Under the pieces are notes generated by a model, which was given only the letters and a program-made list of their open reading frames with translations, made no database searches and had not been told where the DNA came from. Shown in pieces: positions 46,635 to 62,594 of a stretch of DNA of 64,000 nt (position 1 is its first letter; the number at the start of each line of letters is the position of its first letter). Source of the DNA: the human T2T-CHM13v2.0 reference genome, Homo sapiens; NCBI RefSeq assembly GCF_009914755.1, contig NC_060942.1. One strand, written 5' to 3'. The position numbers were made by a program, and so were the translations under genes.

Positions 46635-47668
46635 TAGCATCCTCAAACATTTAAAATAAATGATGTCCTAGTTGTTTTACTGTCTTGTAAACAAACAAGA
46701 ACTGTTTATTGTGAGAATACAACATGACATTCTGGTAGTATTTCTCTGTCCCGATGGACTATAATCAAATGACATGATGAGTAAAGAAACGGTGTGTGGT
46801 GGGGGGAAAGAGGTGAAATCATAGAAAACTGCTACAAAACAATGAAAGAACAATCATGAAATCAAAAAATGAAAATGTTGTCTGCGAAAAGGAAGCAAAG
46901 TGTTCCAAACAGAAAGTCAAAAAAGTGAGAAGAACTCTGAAAGAAATAACTAATTGGCAACTAACTTTTAAGAGGGAGAAATGATAAAGTGATCAGGAAG
47001 GATGTGGTTACAGGAAATCACTGAAGTACAGGTAATAATTGAAGTCAATGGAAACTGAAGAAACCAAAATTTCTTCAGTGGGAAAAGAAAGCTCTAGGAA
47101 TAGGAGAAGAAACTGCTTTTAGCCCAATGGTTGAGGTATTATAAGAAAGTATAAGACTGAAGAGGAAGGAACAGACACTGGTATCAATCAAATAAAACTA
47201 TCTGAAGTCACCTGATGATAAAAGCTTCCTGCAAAGCATAGTATGGATTTGCAGAAAAGACAGTTTCTGGCACAGATAACAGGAATGTAAAAGAAAATCA
47301 GTGTCCTAAATCTGAGCAGGCACAATGAATAATTTTATTACTATGCTAAAAGTCACCTCTAACATTCAGCTATCCCAAATGATCCTCCAACACTATGCAA
47401 GTGCCTACGTTTCTACTCTCATTCACTTCAACAATCCGCCCATTACTGGGTGCTGTCATTTTGTGGATCCTAAGACACATGTTGTGGTACAGAGAAAGGG
47501 CTCTGGAAAAACAACCACAATAGAGAACAACAGTGTCACTTGAGCTTAGTTGCTGTCCTGTTCTAATCACATGTAAAAATGAGAACATAGTTGCCTGTCT
47601 CAGGGCCAATGGTCCCTGTGTATGAAAAGGATCTGCAGCCTTAAGGAAGATGGTGACAGTGGTTCTGA

Positions 47669-47768
47669 GTGGAGGTTGCAGTGAGCCAAGATCGCACCAT
47701 TGCACTCCAGCCTGGGCAACAAGAGTGAAACTCTGTCTCAAAAACAAACAAACAAAAAACAAAAACAA
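47669..47768 (+). mobile_element. 5'-truncated AluS right-arm fragment
   Basis: GTGGAGGTTGCAGTGAGCCAAGATCGCACCATTGCACTCCAGCC... with a (CAAA)n tail; no TSD found. Confidence 0.88.
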
Positions 47769-47925
47769 ATAGATTCCTTAGGATTTTCTGTATACAAATT
47801 CATGTCATCTCTGAAAAGACATAGTCTTACTTCTCCTTTTCCAAACTGGATGCCATGTTTTTTCTTCTACTTGCCTAATAGCCCTAGCTAGAATCTCCAG
47901 TACAATGCTGAACATAAGTGGCAAC
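47769..47925 (-). mobile_element. old L1M ORF2 fragment
   Basis: GATTCCTTAGGATTTTCT...CATGTCATCT...CTTCTCCTTTTCCAA...GCTAGAATCTCCAGTACAATGCTGAA. Confidence 0.75.
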
Positions 47926-50651
47926 CAAGATCTAGCTTTAAAGAGTATGTGCCCTTCTCTTCCCTCTTTATTCTTTCTGATTGAGGGAATGTAGATGACA
48001 TTACTAGAGTGGCAGCAACCATCTGAGACCCTGAAGGGAAGTTAGGACTGGAATTGAGGCCAAGAAATAGCAACAACTGAGAAAAAACCTGGGTCCCTGC
48101 CATCCTGGGCAACATAACCTCAGATCTCCTAGCTAGACTTCACTTTGGGTCTCTGTGACTTGAGTCCAAGCTGAAATTGACGCACAGGAGCATTTAAATA
48201 AAATTTAAATATTGCAATGCCTGCATGACTCAATCAAAATATATGAACTACTTTCAACACACAAAACTAGAGTTTTGTCTTTTTTTTTAAAAAAAAAACT
48301 AACTCTACTAAAGGTGTCAATCTAAGGAAGTACTGTCTAAGCCTGGTAGCCTGGCTCTAGATTGTAAATTTTGAAAAAGGTTTGGTATGTAATTTTTTCC
48401 AACTTCAAAATAATTCCATTGGGTTTACAGTATTTATCAATATTATGCTTCTAATATATTCTTTCAAGCTTCCTAACTAATTTCTGATTGTAGAGGCTGT
48501 ATTACTTTTGCTAACTCTAGATTACTTCCGAAAGCCAAGATTACCCTAAAATCACTAAAAATATTGTCACACCTTTAATAAAAAAACTCCTTACTTGTGT
48601 CTATTTACAAAAAAGAGGTATTTGTTAACTCACAATTTGAATGGTTAAATTCGTATATATTATATGCTTTGATTCTAAGTTATTGATAAAACTAAGTCAG
48701 GAGCATAAGTCTAAATGGGGTGATATCAAGTATCCCTAATGCAGAGAAAAACAATGAGTGCCTTTATATTAATGGCAAAAAAATTGTGAGGAATACAGAT
48801 GAAACATCTGTCCTAGAATTTACCATCAGCAGGAGAACCTAATGTCAGCATTAATACCTGACTGATATCAAATAGTGAGTACAACAGAAAGGGAAAGCCA
48901 CTGCACAGACTGTGGCTTCTGTATCCATTTGACCATTGTTAAGACTAAATACCCAGTAACCAACTCTCAATCCCTCCTCTTGTACCTCAGGCCTTAAACA
49001 TGCAGCACAGAAATTCTAGTGCAACCCATGATTAGGAGCTCCCTGTTTTCTGAAAATGTCCAAAAATTTAAAGGAAAGCAACTTAACTTTTGGGAGTAGA
49101 ATCTATATGCCAATCAAATCAGAAAGGTTTTTTCCTTTGTATCCCTCAAAATATTTTTGTTCCTGGAAAACATTCTGATTAAGTTAAGCTATGTATCTGC
49201 TGTCATATAATGCTAACTAATCTAAAAGTGACTTCTAATTCCTATATTGACTAGCAGTGTAAAATGTTTAGAAAAGTAATGAGAGAATAAGTGCTAAAGA
49301 TGCACTTAAGTCTCCATAGTGCCTATCTTTCTTTGGAGCGTACACCACGAAACAAGCAGAAACCCTCATCTCCCCAGTTAACCCATCAGCTCTTTTGGCT
49401 CAATATCATCTCTTTTTCTGCTGTTTGCAGTCCACAAGACCACTAGGCAACAGAGCAGGTGGGTAAAAACTGCTTTCTGCATGAACTATCTTAGGTATAA
49501 ATTGGTGTATGTTCAAGTAAGTCTAAATATAAATTAAGCACTCAGATTTTAAACATTTAAGCCCCTCAAAGAAAGCAGAGTATATAAGAAAAAGAACTTC
49601 TTTTCAAGTATTTTCTATTGATCTCTTCCTACCTTAAACATCAACAAAGCTATATTAAAATCCTATTTTTGGGTGAGTACTTTATTCAAAGGCCCAGAGA
49701 CTATAACCTTGAACTCCAAGCAAGTGAAATAATTTTGTTTCTACATTTTATAGTTTACTGTGAAATCCCAGCAAGAAAAGAAGAAAATCGAGATTAATCT
49801 AGACAAAGCAATATGTGGTAATGAAGTCAAAGAACTTCATGGTGAAATCTAAGCAAAAAGGAATGCATGAAACAAAAGAGAAAAAAGATTAGGGATATAT
49901 TATTACCTCTTTTCAAATGAACCCTTGGACAAAAGACTCCTTTCTGAACAGTAGAATGACCAGGAATTACATATAATAGACTCCTGCTGTATGAAACAGA
50001 AGTATGCCTACTTAATTCAAATCTGAAATTTTACACCCTGAAATACTGCACGGTAACTAATATTTAAAAGATAAGATTTCTACGCCAAGCAACTTTCAGA
50101 AAAACAGATAAGCAACTGTAGTACCAGTATTTCTGCAAACATTAATAATATACTAAATCTCCAACAAAAGGCCTGACATATACCATGGAATATTTCAGGC
50201 AGGCAGGTGAGAGAGGGGACTCAGATTTACATAAAAAATTCTTTGAAAATCCATTAAACTACAATATAGAGACATTCCTCTCAATAAGTCTGATACATCC
50301 AGTTTATCCTCCACTGTTGGACAGGTCGTAAGATGATGCATTTGGTTTGTGCAATGTGTGTATTTTATAACACTGTGTGAAGAGATGCTCACACCATAAA
50401 AGGCACACAAAAGACAGAGAAAGTAAAAGAATCACATAAGCAGACAGGTGTCATCTCAAGCTCTACTAGACATCAGATGCCAAATGACCAGGCATGTTTC
50501 TAAGATCCCAACCTCTCCATCCCCAACTCTCTGCTTCCAGTAACTTAAATGTATTTATTATTCCACCTGGTAGGTGAGACACAGTGTGCCTTCTCTCAGA
50601 AATAGCCTGGGATTGGATTTACAGCCAGATTTAGTTGAAATTGTGGTTTAC

Positions 50652-50920
50652 TTATATTTATTTATATATTTTTAGAGACAGTCTCACTCTGTTGCCCAGC
50701 CTGGAGTGCATTGGCATGATCATAGCTCAATGCAGCCATGAACTCCTGGGCTCAATGATTCTCCTGCCTTAGCCTTCCAAATTGCTGGTACTACAGGTAT
50801 GCACCGCCACACTGGATAATGTTTTTTATTTTTTGTAGAGACAGGATCTCTCCCTATGTTGCCCAGGCTGGTTTTAAACTCCTGGTCTCAAGAGATCCTC
50901 CCATCTTGGCCTCCCAAAGC
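50652..50920 (-). mobile_element. AluJ (5' end missing)
   Basis: GATCATAGCTCAATGCAGCCATGAACTCCTGGGCTCAA...CTCCCAAAG. Confidence 0.88.
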
Positions 50921-51079
50921 ATGGTTCTATTATTAATTAACTATATGATTATGGGCAAATAACTTCTTGAGCCTCAGTGTTCTCACATTTAAAATAATAG
51001 TATTAATAATTACATAAGGAAGTTGAGATGCTTTTATGAGAACAAATATAAAGGACTCAATATAGTACTGTATAGATAG

Positions 51080-51407
<328 letters not shown>

Positions 51408-51799
51408 GACTTCGGTTTTATTTTCTTCTTCAATCAGTTCCCTTTACCTTATTAGGCTGGCTCAGGTAAATAATTCAGCTTCTGTGTCTAATAAGAAAAT
51501 GCACTAAGGTGCAATGACTTGAACTTTTATGTTTCAATTCAACTAACAAAATTAAGGAGTGATTTTCATCAGGGTGTTAATGTCACATAAAACCCAACAA
51601 TTTTATTTCAAGAGGATAAACTGAGCCACAAGTCAAACGTTAGGGATTTTCAGTGTCAGTTTCAAATCTGACATAGCTTCCTTTGAACTTTATTATGTGA
51701 TAAATAAAACAAACATAAAATACAAAAGAATCAAATTATAAAATATACTTCATTGTACCAGAAGTTATATCAAATATATATTCTTCAGAAAAATATTTC

Positions 51800-53560
<1,761 letters not shown>

Positions 53561-54767
53561 CTACATATTTGACAGTTTGGGGGAGTCACTCACATTAAGT
53601 AGATTTCCAAAAATACCGCTTAGCCTTAAAAACAAAACCACATAAAACTTGAAAGAAACAAAGACTCATACAAATGTCAATGCTGAAAACCTAATGATGT
53701 TTCCATTATCAATATATAAAACCACTGAATTTTAATATTCTCTGTACACATAACAGAGGGTTAATAAGAAAAATGAAGATTATTTTATTTTGCCAGGTGG
53801 GTTGCCCTGAAGACAGTGGCTAGGTGACATTCTACATCTATGACTTCAAAATACACACAATAAAAAAGTTCAACATGAAAGGACACTATATCAAAATAAT
53901 GGAAATAAGCAAACACTAAAAAACCAGATCATTAAGTTTTATAGATAGGTCTATAAAGATATAATAGGCCTAAAAGAAGTAAAAAAGTGTCTCTGTTAAG
54001 TAGGGTGCAACTTCTTAAAATTGAACTGGAAAACAAAACAGCTATCATTTCTTTTTAAAACTCTAAAGATAATGAGGAAAAAAAACCCACCAAAACAAAC
54101 CCCAGGAGTTTACAGATATTGACTGAAAGATATCATCAATTAAATTGGTACTGTGGTTAGTTACACTCCCAAGCAATTATATTGCTTATGAATAAATTAC
54201 TAGTATAATTTTCTGGGGCAAAATGTAACAAAAGAAAATCACTTTGACACTTAGTCATACTTACATAGGAATATTTCCTAAACTTGTCATCTGAGACATG
54301 GAATATTTATCTGGCTTGAGGGGAGGCAAGCTATAGCCATGAGAGTTCACAAGTGTATTGTACACACATATACTTTTTTTAAATGAAAAATCTATTTTAA
54401 TGACTGAAAGTATACAAAAAATTATAGATAAAAGGTCGCTATTTGCAAAGTTTAAATTACATTAAATTGGAATAACATTTTAAGGTTTTCACAGACAATG
54501 ACAAAATAAGGGATCAGTACAGCTTGGCTCAATAAATGTAAGGACTCTCCTTCACCAAGATCCATCAGCAAATCACTGTGTCAACTTGATCCAGTGACTA
54601 TTTTCTAAACTTTCTCAGACAGACAGATAGATGAGTATACAGACCGAAGAAAGAGAGACAGTTGGAATATCATTAAGCATATATAAACATATGAGTTATT
54701 TTTTTCAGACAAGGGCAATCTAATTGAAGAAGTTTACCTGAAGTATGTGGTTACATAAAAAAAAAGG

Positions 54768-57700
54768 TTAGGTCACAAAACAAGTCTTAAAACATGCAAA
54801 AAAACTGAAATAATATCAAGCACCTTCTTCTGACCACAACTGAATAAACCTACAAATCAATAACAAGAAAAATTTTGGAAACCATATAAACACATGGAAA
54901 TGAAACAACATGCTCCTGAGTGACCAATGGGTCAATGAAGAAATTAAGAAGAAAATGTAAAAATGTATTGAAACAAACGACAATGGAAACACAACATACT
55001 AAAACCTACGGGATACAGCAAAAGCAGTGTTAAAAGGGAAGTTAATAGCTATAAATGCCTATATCAAAAAGGAAAAAAACCTTCAAATAACCCAGTGATG
55101 CATCTTAAAGAACTAGAAAAGCATGGGCAAACAAAACCCAAAATTAGTATAAGAAATAAAAATCAGAGCAGAAATAAATGAATTTGAAATATAGAACACA
55201 ATACAAAATACCAATTAAACGAAAAGTTGGCTTTTTGAAAAGATAAACAAAACTGACAAACCTTTAGCAGACTAAGAAAAAAAGGGAGAAGACTCAAATA
55301 AATAAAATTTGAAATAAAAAAAGGAGATATTACAACTGATACCACAGAAATTCAAAGGATCATTAGTGGCTACTATGAGCAACTTATATGCCAATAAATT
55401 GGAAAATCCAGAATAAATGGATATATTCCCAGACATATACAATCTACCAAGAGTGAATTAAGAAGAAATCAAAACAAGAACAGACTAATAACAAGTAACG
55501 AGATCAAAGCCATAATAAAAGTCTTCTAGTAAATAAAAGCCCTGGACCTGATGGCTTCACTGTTGAATTCTAACAAGCATTTAAAGAAAAACTAATACCA
55601 ATCATACTCAAACTGTTCTGAAAAAAAATAGAGGAAGAGGGAATACTTCCAAACTCATTCTACAAGGTCAGTGTTACCCTGATACCCAAACCAGACAAAG
55701 GCACATCAAAACAAACAAACAAACAAACAAACAAAAACAGGCCATTATCTCTGATGAATATTGATGCAGAAAATCTTCAACAAAATACTAGCAAACTAAA
55801 TTCAACAATATACTGAGAAGCTCATTCATCATAACCAAGGGGGATTTATCCCAGGGATGCAAGCACAGTTCAACACACGGAAATCAATCAATGTGACACA
55901 TCATATCAACAGAATGAAGGACAAAAACCATATGGTCATTTTACTGATGCTGAAAAATCATTTGATAAAGCTCAACATACCTTTATGATAAAAAAACCTC
56001 AAAAAACTGGGTATAGAAGGAACATACCTCAACATCATAAAGCCATATATGACAGACCCACAGCTAGTAACCTACTGAATGGGGGAAAACTGAAAGCCTT
56101 TCCTCTAAAATCTGGAACACAACAAGTAAGTCCATTGTCACCACTGTTATTCAACATAGTACTGGAAGTCCTAACTAGAACAAGCACACAAGAGAAGGAA
56201 ATAAAGAGCATCCAAATTGGAAAGGAAAAAGTCAAATGGTCCTTTTGCAGATGATATATGATTTTATATCTGGAAAAAACTAAAGGCTCCACCAAAAAAT
56301 TATTAGAACTGATAAACAAATTTGGTAAAGTTCCAGGATACAAAATCAACATACAAAAATCAATGGCATTTCTATATGCCAACAGTGAACAATCTGAAAA
56401 ATAAATCAAAAAAGCGATCACTTACAATAGCCACAAATAAAATTAAATACCTAGAAATTAACTTAACCAAAGAAGTAAAAGATCTCTACAATGAAAACTA
56501 TAAAACACTGAGGAAAGAAATGAAGAGGACACAAAAAAATAAAAGATATTCCCTGTTCATGGATTGAAAGAATCAATGTTGTTAAAATGCCCATATTACT
56601 CAAAGCAATCTGCAGATTCAACACAATCCCTACCAAAATACCAATGTCATTCTTCACAGAAACAGAAAAACAATCCTAAAATTTATATGGAACCACAAAA
56701 GACCCAGAATAATCAAAGCTATCCTGAGCAAAAGAACAAACTGGAGGCATCACACTAACTGACTTCAAATTATATTAATACTACAGAGCTACAGTAACCA
56801 AAACAGCATGGTACTGGCATAACAACAGACACATAGACAAATGGAACAGGACAGAGAACCCAGAATCAAATCCACACACCTACAATGAACTCATTTTTGA
56901 CAAAGGTTCCAAGAAAATACACTGGGGGAAACACAGTCTCTTCAATAAACAGTGCTGGGAAAACTAGACATTCATACGCAGAAGAATGAAACTAGACCCT
57001 TATCTCTTGCCATATACAAAATTCAAATCAGAATGGATTAAAGATTGAAATCTAAGACCTCAATCTATGAAACTACTAAAAGAAAACACTGGGGAAAGTC
57101 TCCAGGACACTGGACTGTAGATTTCTTGAGTGATACCCCACAAGCACCGGCAACCAAAGCAAAAATGGACAAATGGGGTCACATAAAGTAAGAAGGCTTT
57201 TTGCACAGCAAAGAAAAGAATCAATGAAGTGAAGACAACCCACAGAATGGGAGAAAATATTTGCAAACTCCTCATCTGACAAGGGATTCATAACCAGAAT
57301 GCATAAGGGGCTCAAACAACTCTATAGGAAAAAAATCTAGTAATCCAATTTAAAAATGGGCAAAATATTTGAATGGACATTTCTCAGAAGAAGATATACA
57401 AATGGCAAACAGATATATGAAAAAGTGCTCAACATCACTGATCATCAGAGAAATGCAAATCAAAACTACAATGAAATATCATTTCACCCCAGTTAAAATG
57501 GCTTTTATCCAAGTCAGGCAGTAACAAATGCCGGCAAGGGCATGGAAAAAAGGGAACCCTCATACACTGTTGGTAGTAACGTAAATTAGTACAACCACTT
57601 TGGAGAACAGTTTGGAGGTTCCTCAAAAAACTAAAAATAGAGCTAACATATGATCCAGCAATCCCACTGCTGGGTACAGATAGAAAGGAAAGGAAATCAG

Positions 57701-58330
57701 TATAACAAGGAGGTATTTACACGCCCATGTTTCCTGCAGCTCTGTTCATCACAGCCAAGATGCGGAAGCAACCTAAGCATCCATCAGCAGATGAATGGAT
57801 AAAGAAAATGTGGAACTTATAGACAATGGAGTACTATTCAGCCATAAAAAAGAATGAGATCCTGTCATCTACAAGAACATGGGTGGAACTGGAGGTCATT
57901 ATGTTAAGTGAAATAAGCCAGGCACAGAAAGACAGACATTGTATGTTCTCACTTATCTGTGGGATCTAAAAATCAAAACAACTGAATTCATGAAGACAGC
58001 ACATAGAAGCATGGTTACAAGAGGTTGGGAAAGGTAGTGGGGGTGGGAGGAAGGTGGGGATGGTTAATGGACACACACAAAAAAAGTAAAAAAGAATAAG
58101 ACCTAGTATTTATAGAACAACAGGGGGACTATAGTCAATAATATTAATAATTTAATTGTACATTTAAAAATAACTAAAAGTATAATTGGATTATTTGTAA
58201 CACAAAGGAGAAACACTTGAGGAGATACCCAATTTTCCATGTGATTATTATACACTGCATGCCTGTACCAAAATATCTCATGTAGCCTATAAACATATAC
58301 ACCTACTATGTACGCACAAAATTAAAAAAA
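54768..58330 (+). mobile_element. 5'-truncated L1MA (L1MA2/3-like)
   Basis: Decayed ORF2 ([13 protein letters not shown]...[10 protein letters not shown]) and an L1MA-type 3'UTR (GGGATCTAAAAATCAAAAC...CACCTACTATGTAC..ACAAAATTAAAAAAA). Confidence 0.93.
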
Positions 58331-59177
58331 TGAATATGGAAAACTTTCTACCCCATTCCAATTCTCCACCAACATAATAAAATGAGAGAAAATATTTTCT
58401 TCCATCTCATATTTTTCAATATTTCCATTTCAATATTTTCTAGATGCAAGAGGAAAGTAGATAAAGTGTCTAAAAACACCAAGGAGACTAAAATAGAATA
58501 ATCACATACATATAATAGAGCAACCCGTGTTCTTTTCCCCCTTGTGAGATAGTCAAAATTAGCGACTTTCTTCTTGCTATGCTTACAGAGTTCCGTGATG
58601 AGTCTCAGATGTCCATGGTGTCAAAGTCCATGAGCCAAAGTCAACGGCTCCTGGTTGCTGTGTACTGTAAACACCCTCTACTCATCCCACACACCTCTCT
58701 GTTCTAGGGCTCAATTCCACCTTGTTATGGAATAGCCACATACTGTTCTTTTGCTTGTTTGCTACATATGAAATGGGAATAACAGACCCACTCCAAAGGA
58801 TAACGTGAGCATGACATAAAATCACCAAGAATTAACTCAGTAAAGTAAAAGGGAAAGAAACCTGTATCCTCAAATCACTTTAAGCATGATGATATTTAAC
58901 AAGTAACCTCTCAACTGAGAGGCTAAGGCCTTTCCTACCTGCCCCAGAGGTTGAAATCCATACCAAGTATCATAATACAATAGAACCAATAAGATCGAAC
59001 TGGGGGTTTCAAAAAGAGACAAGGGGAAAGAAACGAGTAGGGTTCTCTTTCATTTAACGCAACAGTGGCTCTTAAGGCCACAGATGGAAAACATATTGTA
59101 AGCTTGAGAGATGCTAACACTGCAAGACTCAAGACCAATAATCAGCGTAAGTAGACAGAAATGAAGAGAAGGATAAC

Positions 59178-60082
59178 GTGTTAGTTTTGTAATGCTGTGT
59201 AACAAGTTACCACAAACTTAGCAGCTTAAATATAGTCAGACGTCTAGCACTCCAAGGCTGGGCTCTCCACTCAGGCTGAAATCAAGGCGTCAGCTGGCTG
59301 CATTCTCATCTGGAATTCAGGGTCCTCTTCTAAGCTCATTCTTGTTGGAAGAATTCAGTTGCAGTTGTTAAGACTGAAGTCCCTGTCCTTTTGCTGGGTA
59401 TTCACTGGAAACTGCTCTTGATTCCTATTCTCAGGTCCTTGCCCAGTGGCCCCATCCCCTTCTCAGCACCAGAAAACCTGTCTCATGCTAAATCCCTCTC
59501 AGGCTTCAAATATCTCTGACTTTCTCTTCTGTGACCAACTAGGGAAATCTCTTCCATTCAAAGGGCTTGCCTGATTAGGTCGGGCCACCAAGATAGTCTC
59601 CCTCCATGGATAATAAGCTGAATGCTTGTTTTCTCCCAAAGTGCATGTTGAAATCCTGACTTCCAGGGTGATGGTATAAGGAAGTGGGGCATCTGGGAAG
59701 TAAGTAGAGGGTAGAGCCCTCATGGGTAAGATTAGTGAAGGGACCCCAGGCACCTCTCTCATTCTCTTCCTGCCACGTGAGGATTCAAGGAGGTTGGCAG
59801 CCTCCAATCTGCAAGAGGGCCCTCACCAGAACCTGACCATACTGGCACTGTGATCCTGGAATGCCAGCCTCCAGAACTGTGAGAAATAAATTTCTGTTGT
59901 TTATAAGCCACCTGGTCTATGGCACTTTGTTACAGCAGCCTGAACTAAGACACTAGTTCAACCAATTAGGGACCCTAAAAATTACATCTGTAAAATTTAA
60001 ATCCCCCTTTGCCATACACATAATCTGGCATAACACCAGGGGATGAGTACAAGGGAGCCATTTCAGAATTCTGCCTATCACA
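59178..60082 (-). mobile_element. MLT1E-like MaLR LTR, split by a younger LTR
   Basis: TGTTAGTTT...TAACAAGTTACCACAAACTTAGCAGCTTAAA...GGCTGAAATCAAGG; resumes after 59952 with ATTACATCTGTAAAAT...AATTCTGCCTATCACA. Confidence 0.75.
59607..59952 (+). mobile_element. MLT1A0-like MaLR solo LTR
   Basis: CATGTTGAAATCCT...CCTCACCAGAACCTGACCAT...CCAGCCTCCAGAACTGTGAGAAATAAATTTCTGTTGTTTATAAGCC...CTAAGACA. Confidence 0.85.
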
Positions 60083-60936
60083 CATGCTAATACAGGAAGG
60101 AAGCTCGTTATTTCAGTACAGAGTAGATACAGAATTAAAGAGAATGATGGGTCAAGTGTTGTGTTTATACAGTACCTTTCAAAAAGACTTTATGGGTAAA
60201 AAGCAACCGAAACCCATTTATACTTTGAGATATTATGATACGAAAGCAGTTGTCACCTCGCCTAAGGTGAGTGGAAGAGCCACGTAACAGTATAGCCTGC
60301 TTCATTTACAGTGCCACTAGGCCAAAAGAACACACTCCACAGGCTCTGGAGATAAACAGAATCTTAAACTCAGATAAATTTAATTGAGAAATGAATGCAG
60401 CCAAAACCTATTAGTCTTTAAGAATAAAGTTTGAAATAATTTTCAACAATTTCACTTGGCTTTTTAAAGTTAACTGAGCATAATTATCATAGCTTTAAAT
60501 AGTTTCAAAATTATTACTCTATCTGTCATGCTGAGGTCTTGAGACTTCCTTTCTTTGCTCCTTTGACTGTACTTTTCAACCCTAGACAGGAAGGGGAAAG
60601 AAGAAAGGGAAGTCTTTTTGTTTTTTTGCCAAAATGACTATATTAGGGACCAGAAAATATTTAAAAATAGGAAAAAAAAAAACCCTGCTGGCCACTGATA
60701 TTGAGGGAAATGGGCACTATGATTTAAACTCCTACACATCTCTACCTCCCGGGATGCATCTAATGGTTTCAACTGCTGCTGGGCACTGACTCCCCCACTT
60801 TATGGATTCACTATTCCTGACCCTGAATTGCCACCCTGGGGCACTCATCCATCCCAATGACCACCACTGGGAAACCATATACCCATGGGAAGTTTGTAAA
60901 AAACGTTTCCATTTAATTTGCAAAGAACAGAATCCC

Positions 60937-61074
60937 GGCTGACGCAGTGGCTCATGCCTGTATTCCAATGTTTTAGGAGGCCAAGGCAGGCGGACAGCTT
61001 GAGTCCAGGAGTTTGAGACCAGCCTGGGCAACACAGTGAGACCCCCTTCTCTTCAAAAATGAAAAAAAAAAAAA
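60937..61074 (+). mobile_element. FLAM (free left Alu monomer)
   Basis: Left monomer with poly-A; TSD AA(C/T)AGAATCCC. Confidence 0.88.
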
Positions 61075-62293
61075 AATAGAATCCCAAAGCTGGATGCAAG
61101 AGAGCCACATAGTACTTAACTGCATTGGTTTCATAAACATGAACGTTCTCTGCCGTGGCTCTGTCTTCATTACAGAGAATCCAACAATCTTGCGGCACCT
61201 CAGACTGTTCTCACTTATGCAGCAGCTGGAGTTCCTTCCTCAGTATCTGCGCTGCATCTACCTATTTAGAGTAACATTTATAAATATACCCAGGGAGATT
61301 CAGAAAGGACATAAACTCAAGTCCCATTCAGAGTCCTTTGGATGGAGGGCAATTATGAAAGGGCCAATGAAACTATATTAAGCTTCACTAATCCTGATAG
61401 CTGTTGTATAATATTTAAAGTTATACATAATTGTCAAGCACAGGCCCAGTAAGTTACTTAACCCACTTCCCTCATCAGTAAAATGCAGATACTAATAATA
61501 ATAGTGTCTACTTTGTAAGGTTGTAGGCTGGATTAAATGTGTGTGTAAATGCAAAGCACTTGGACCAGGCACTTGGTACACAGTAAGCACTCAACAAAGC
61601 TTGGCTAAAATGATTGTCATTGTTCTAACTCATTGTCCCTCAGGTCCATTCTCTTCTGCACATCCCCTTTGTTCTAGGCTTAATACAGGCTCCCAGCAGC
61701 TCCCAGCTGATTACATTCTAACATCCATCTAAACTGGTTCCCATTCTGGTGCTATGAGAACCTTCCTAATGCCAATCTGCTCACATCATTCCCCTGCTTT
61801 GAAACCTTCAATGGCTCTTCACTACTCTAAGAAAAAAGTCCAAACGCCGTGGGGTGCAGCATGAAACCCTTTAGGACCCAGCCACAGCAGTAACACTGGT
61901 AACGTATATCAGAAGGCAGAATCAAAAAAAGGTGCACAGATAAAGACAGCTCCAGGGTCTATCTCAGGCCTCCATGTTTTTTTTCTCACGCTTATTCTGT
62001 TGCCTAGAAAGCCCTTCCCCCATATTACCCAAGCTAGAAATTGGAGAGTCTCCTCTGTCATATTTGCAAGAGATCTGTTTTTCCTTCCCTTCTTAACAGT
62101 CTCTTTAATGCCTAGGATACTCCCAAATCCACACAAAACCTTCCCAAGCTAGACACAAGTTACCTTTCCAGCACATCATCCTCTTCCAGCAGGTGATATA
62201 AACAAACTACCTGAGGTTCTCAGAACTATAAACCTTAAAGCTTCTGCCCCTCTGTACACACTTCCCTCTGCCTAAAATTATCCTTTCTCCTAC

Positions 62294-62594
62294 TTTTTTT
62301 TTTATACTTTAAGTTTTAAGTTTTAGGGTACATGTGCACAACATGCAGGTTTGTTACATATGTATACATGTGCCATGTTGGTGTGCTGCACCCATTAACT
62401 CTTCATTTAACATTAGGTATATCTCCTAATGCTATCCCTCCCCCCTTCCCCAACCCCACAACAGGCCCTGGTGTGTGATGTTCCCCTTCCTGTGTCGCTG
62501 TGTTCTCATTGTTCAATTCTCGCCTATGAGTGAGAACATGCGGTGTTTGGTTTTTTGTCCTTGCCATAGTTTGCTGAGAATGATGGTTTCCAGT
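62294..62594 (-). mobile_element. 5'-truncated L1PA (PA3/4-like) 3'UTR, ~300 bp
   Basis: TTTTATACTTTAAG...TTTTAGGGTACATGTGCAC...CTCCTAATGCTATCCCTCCC...GAGAATGATGGTTTCCAG. Confidence 0.93.
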
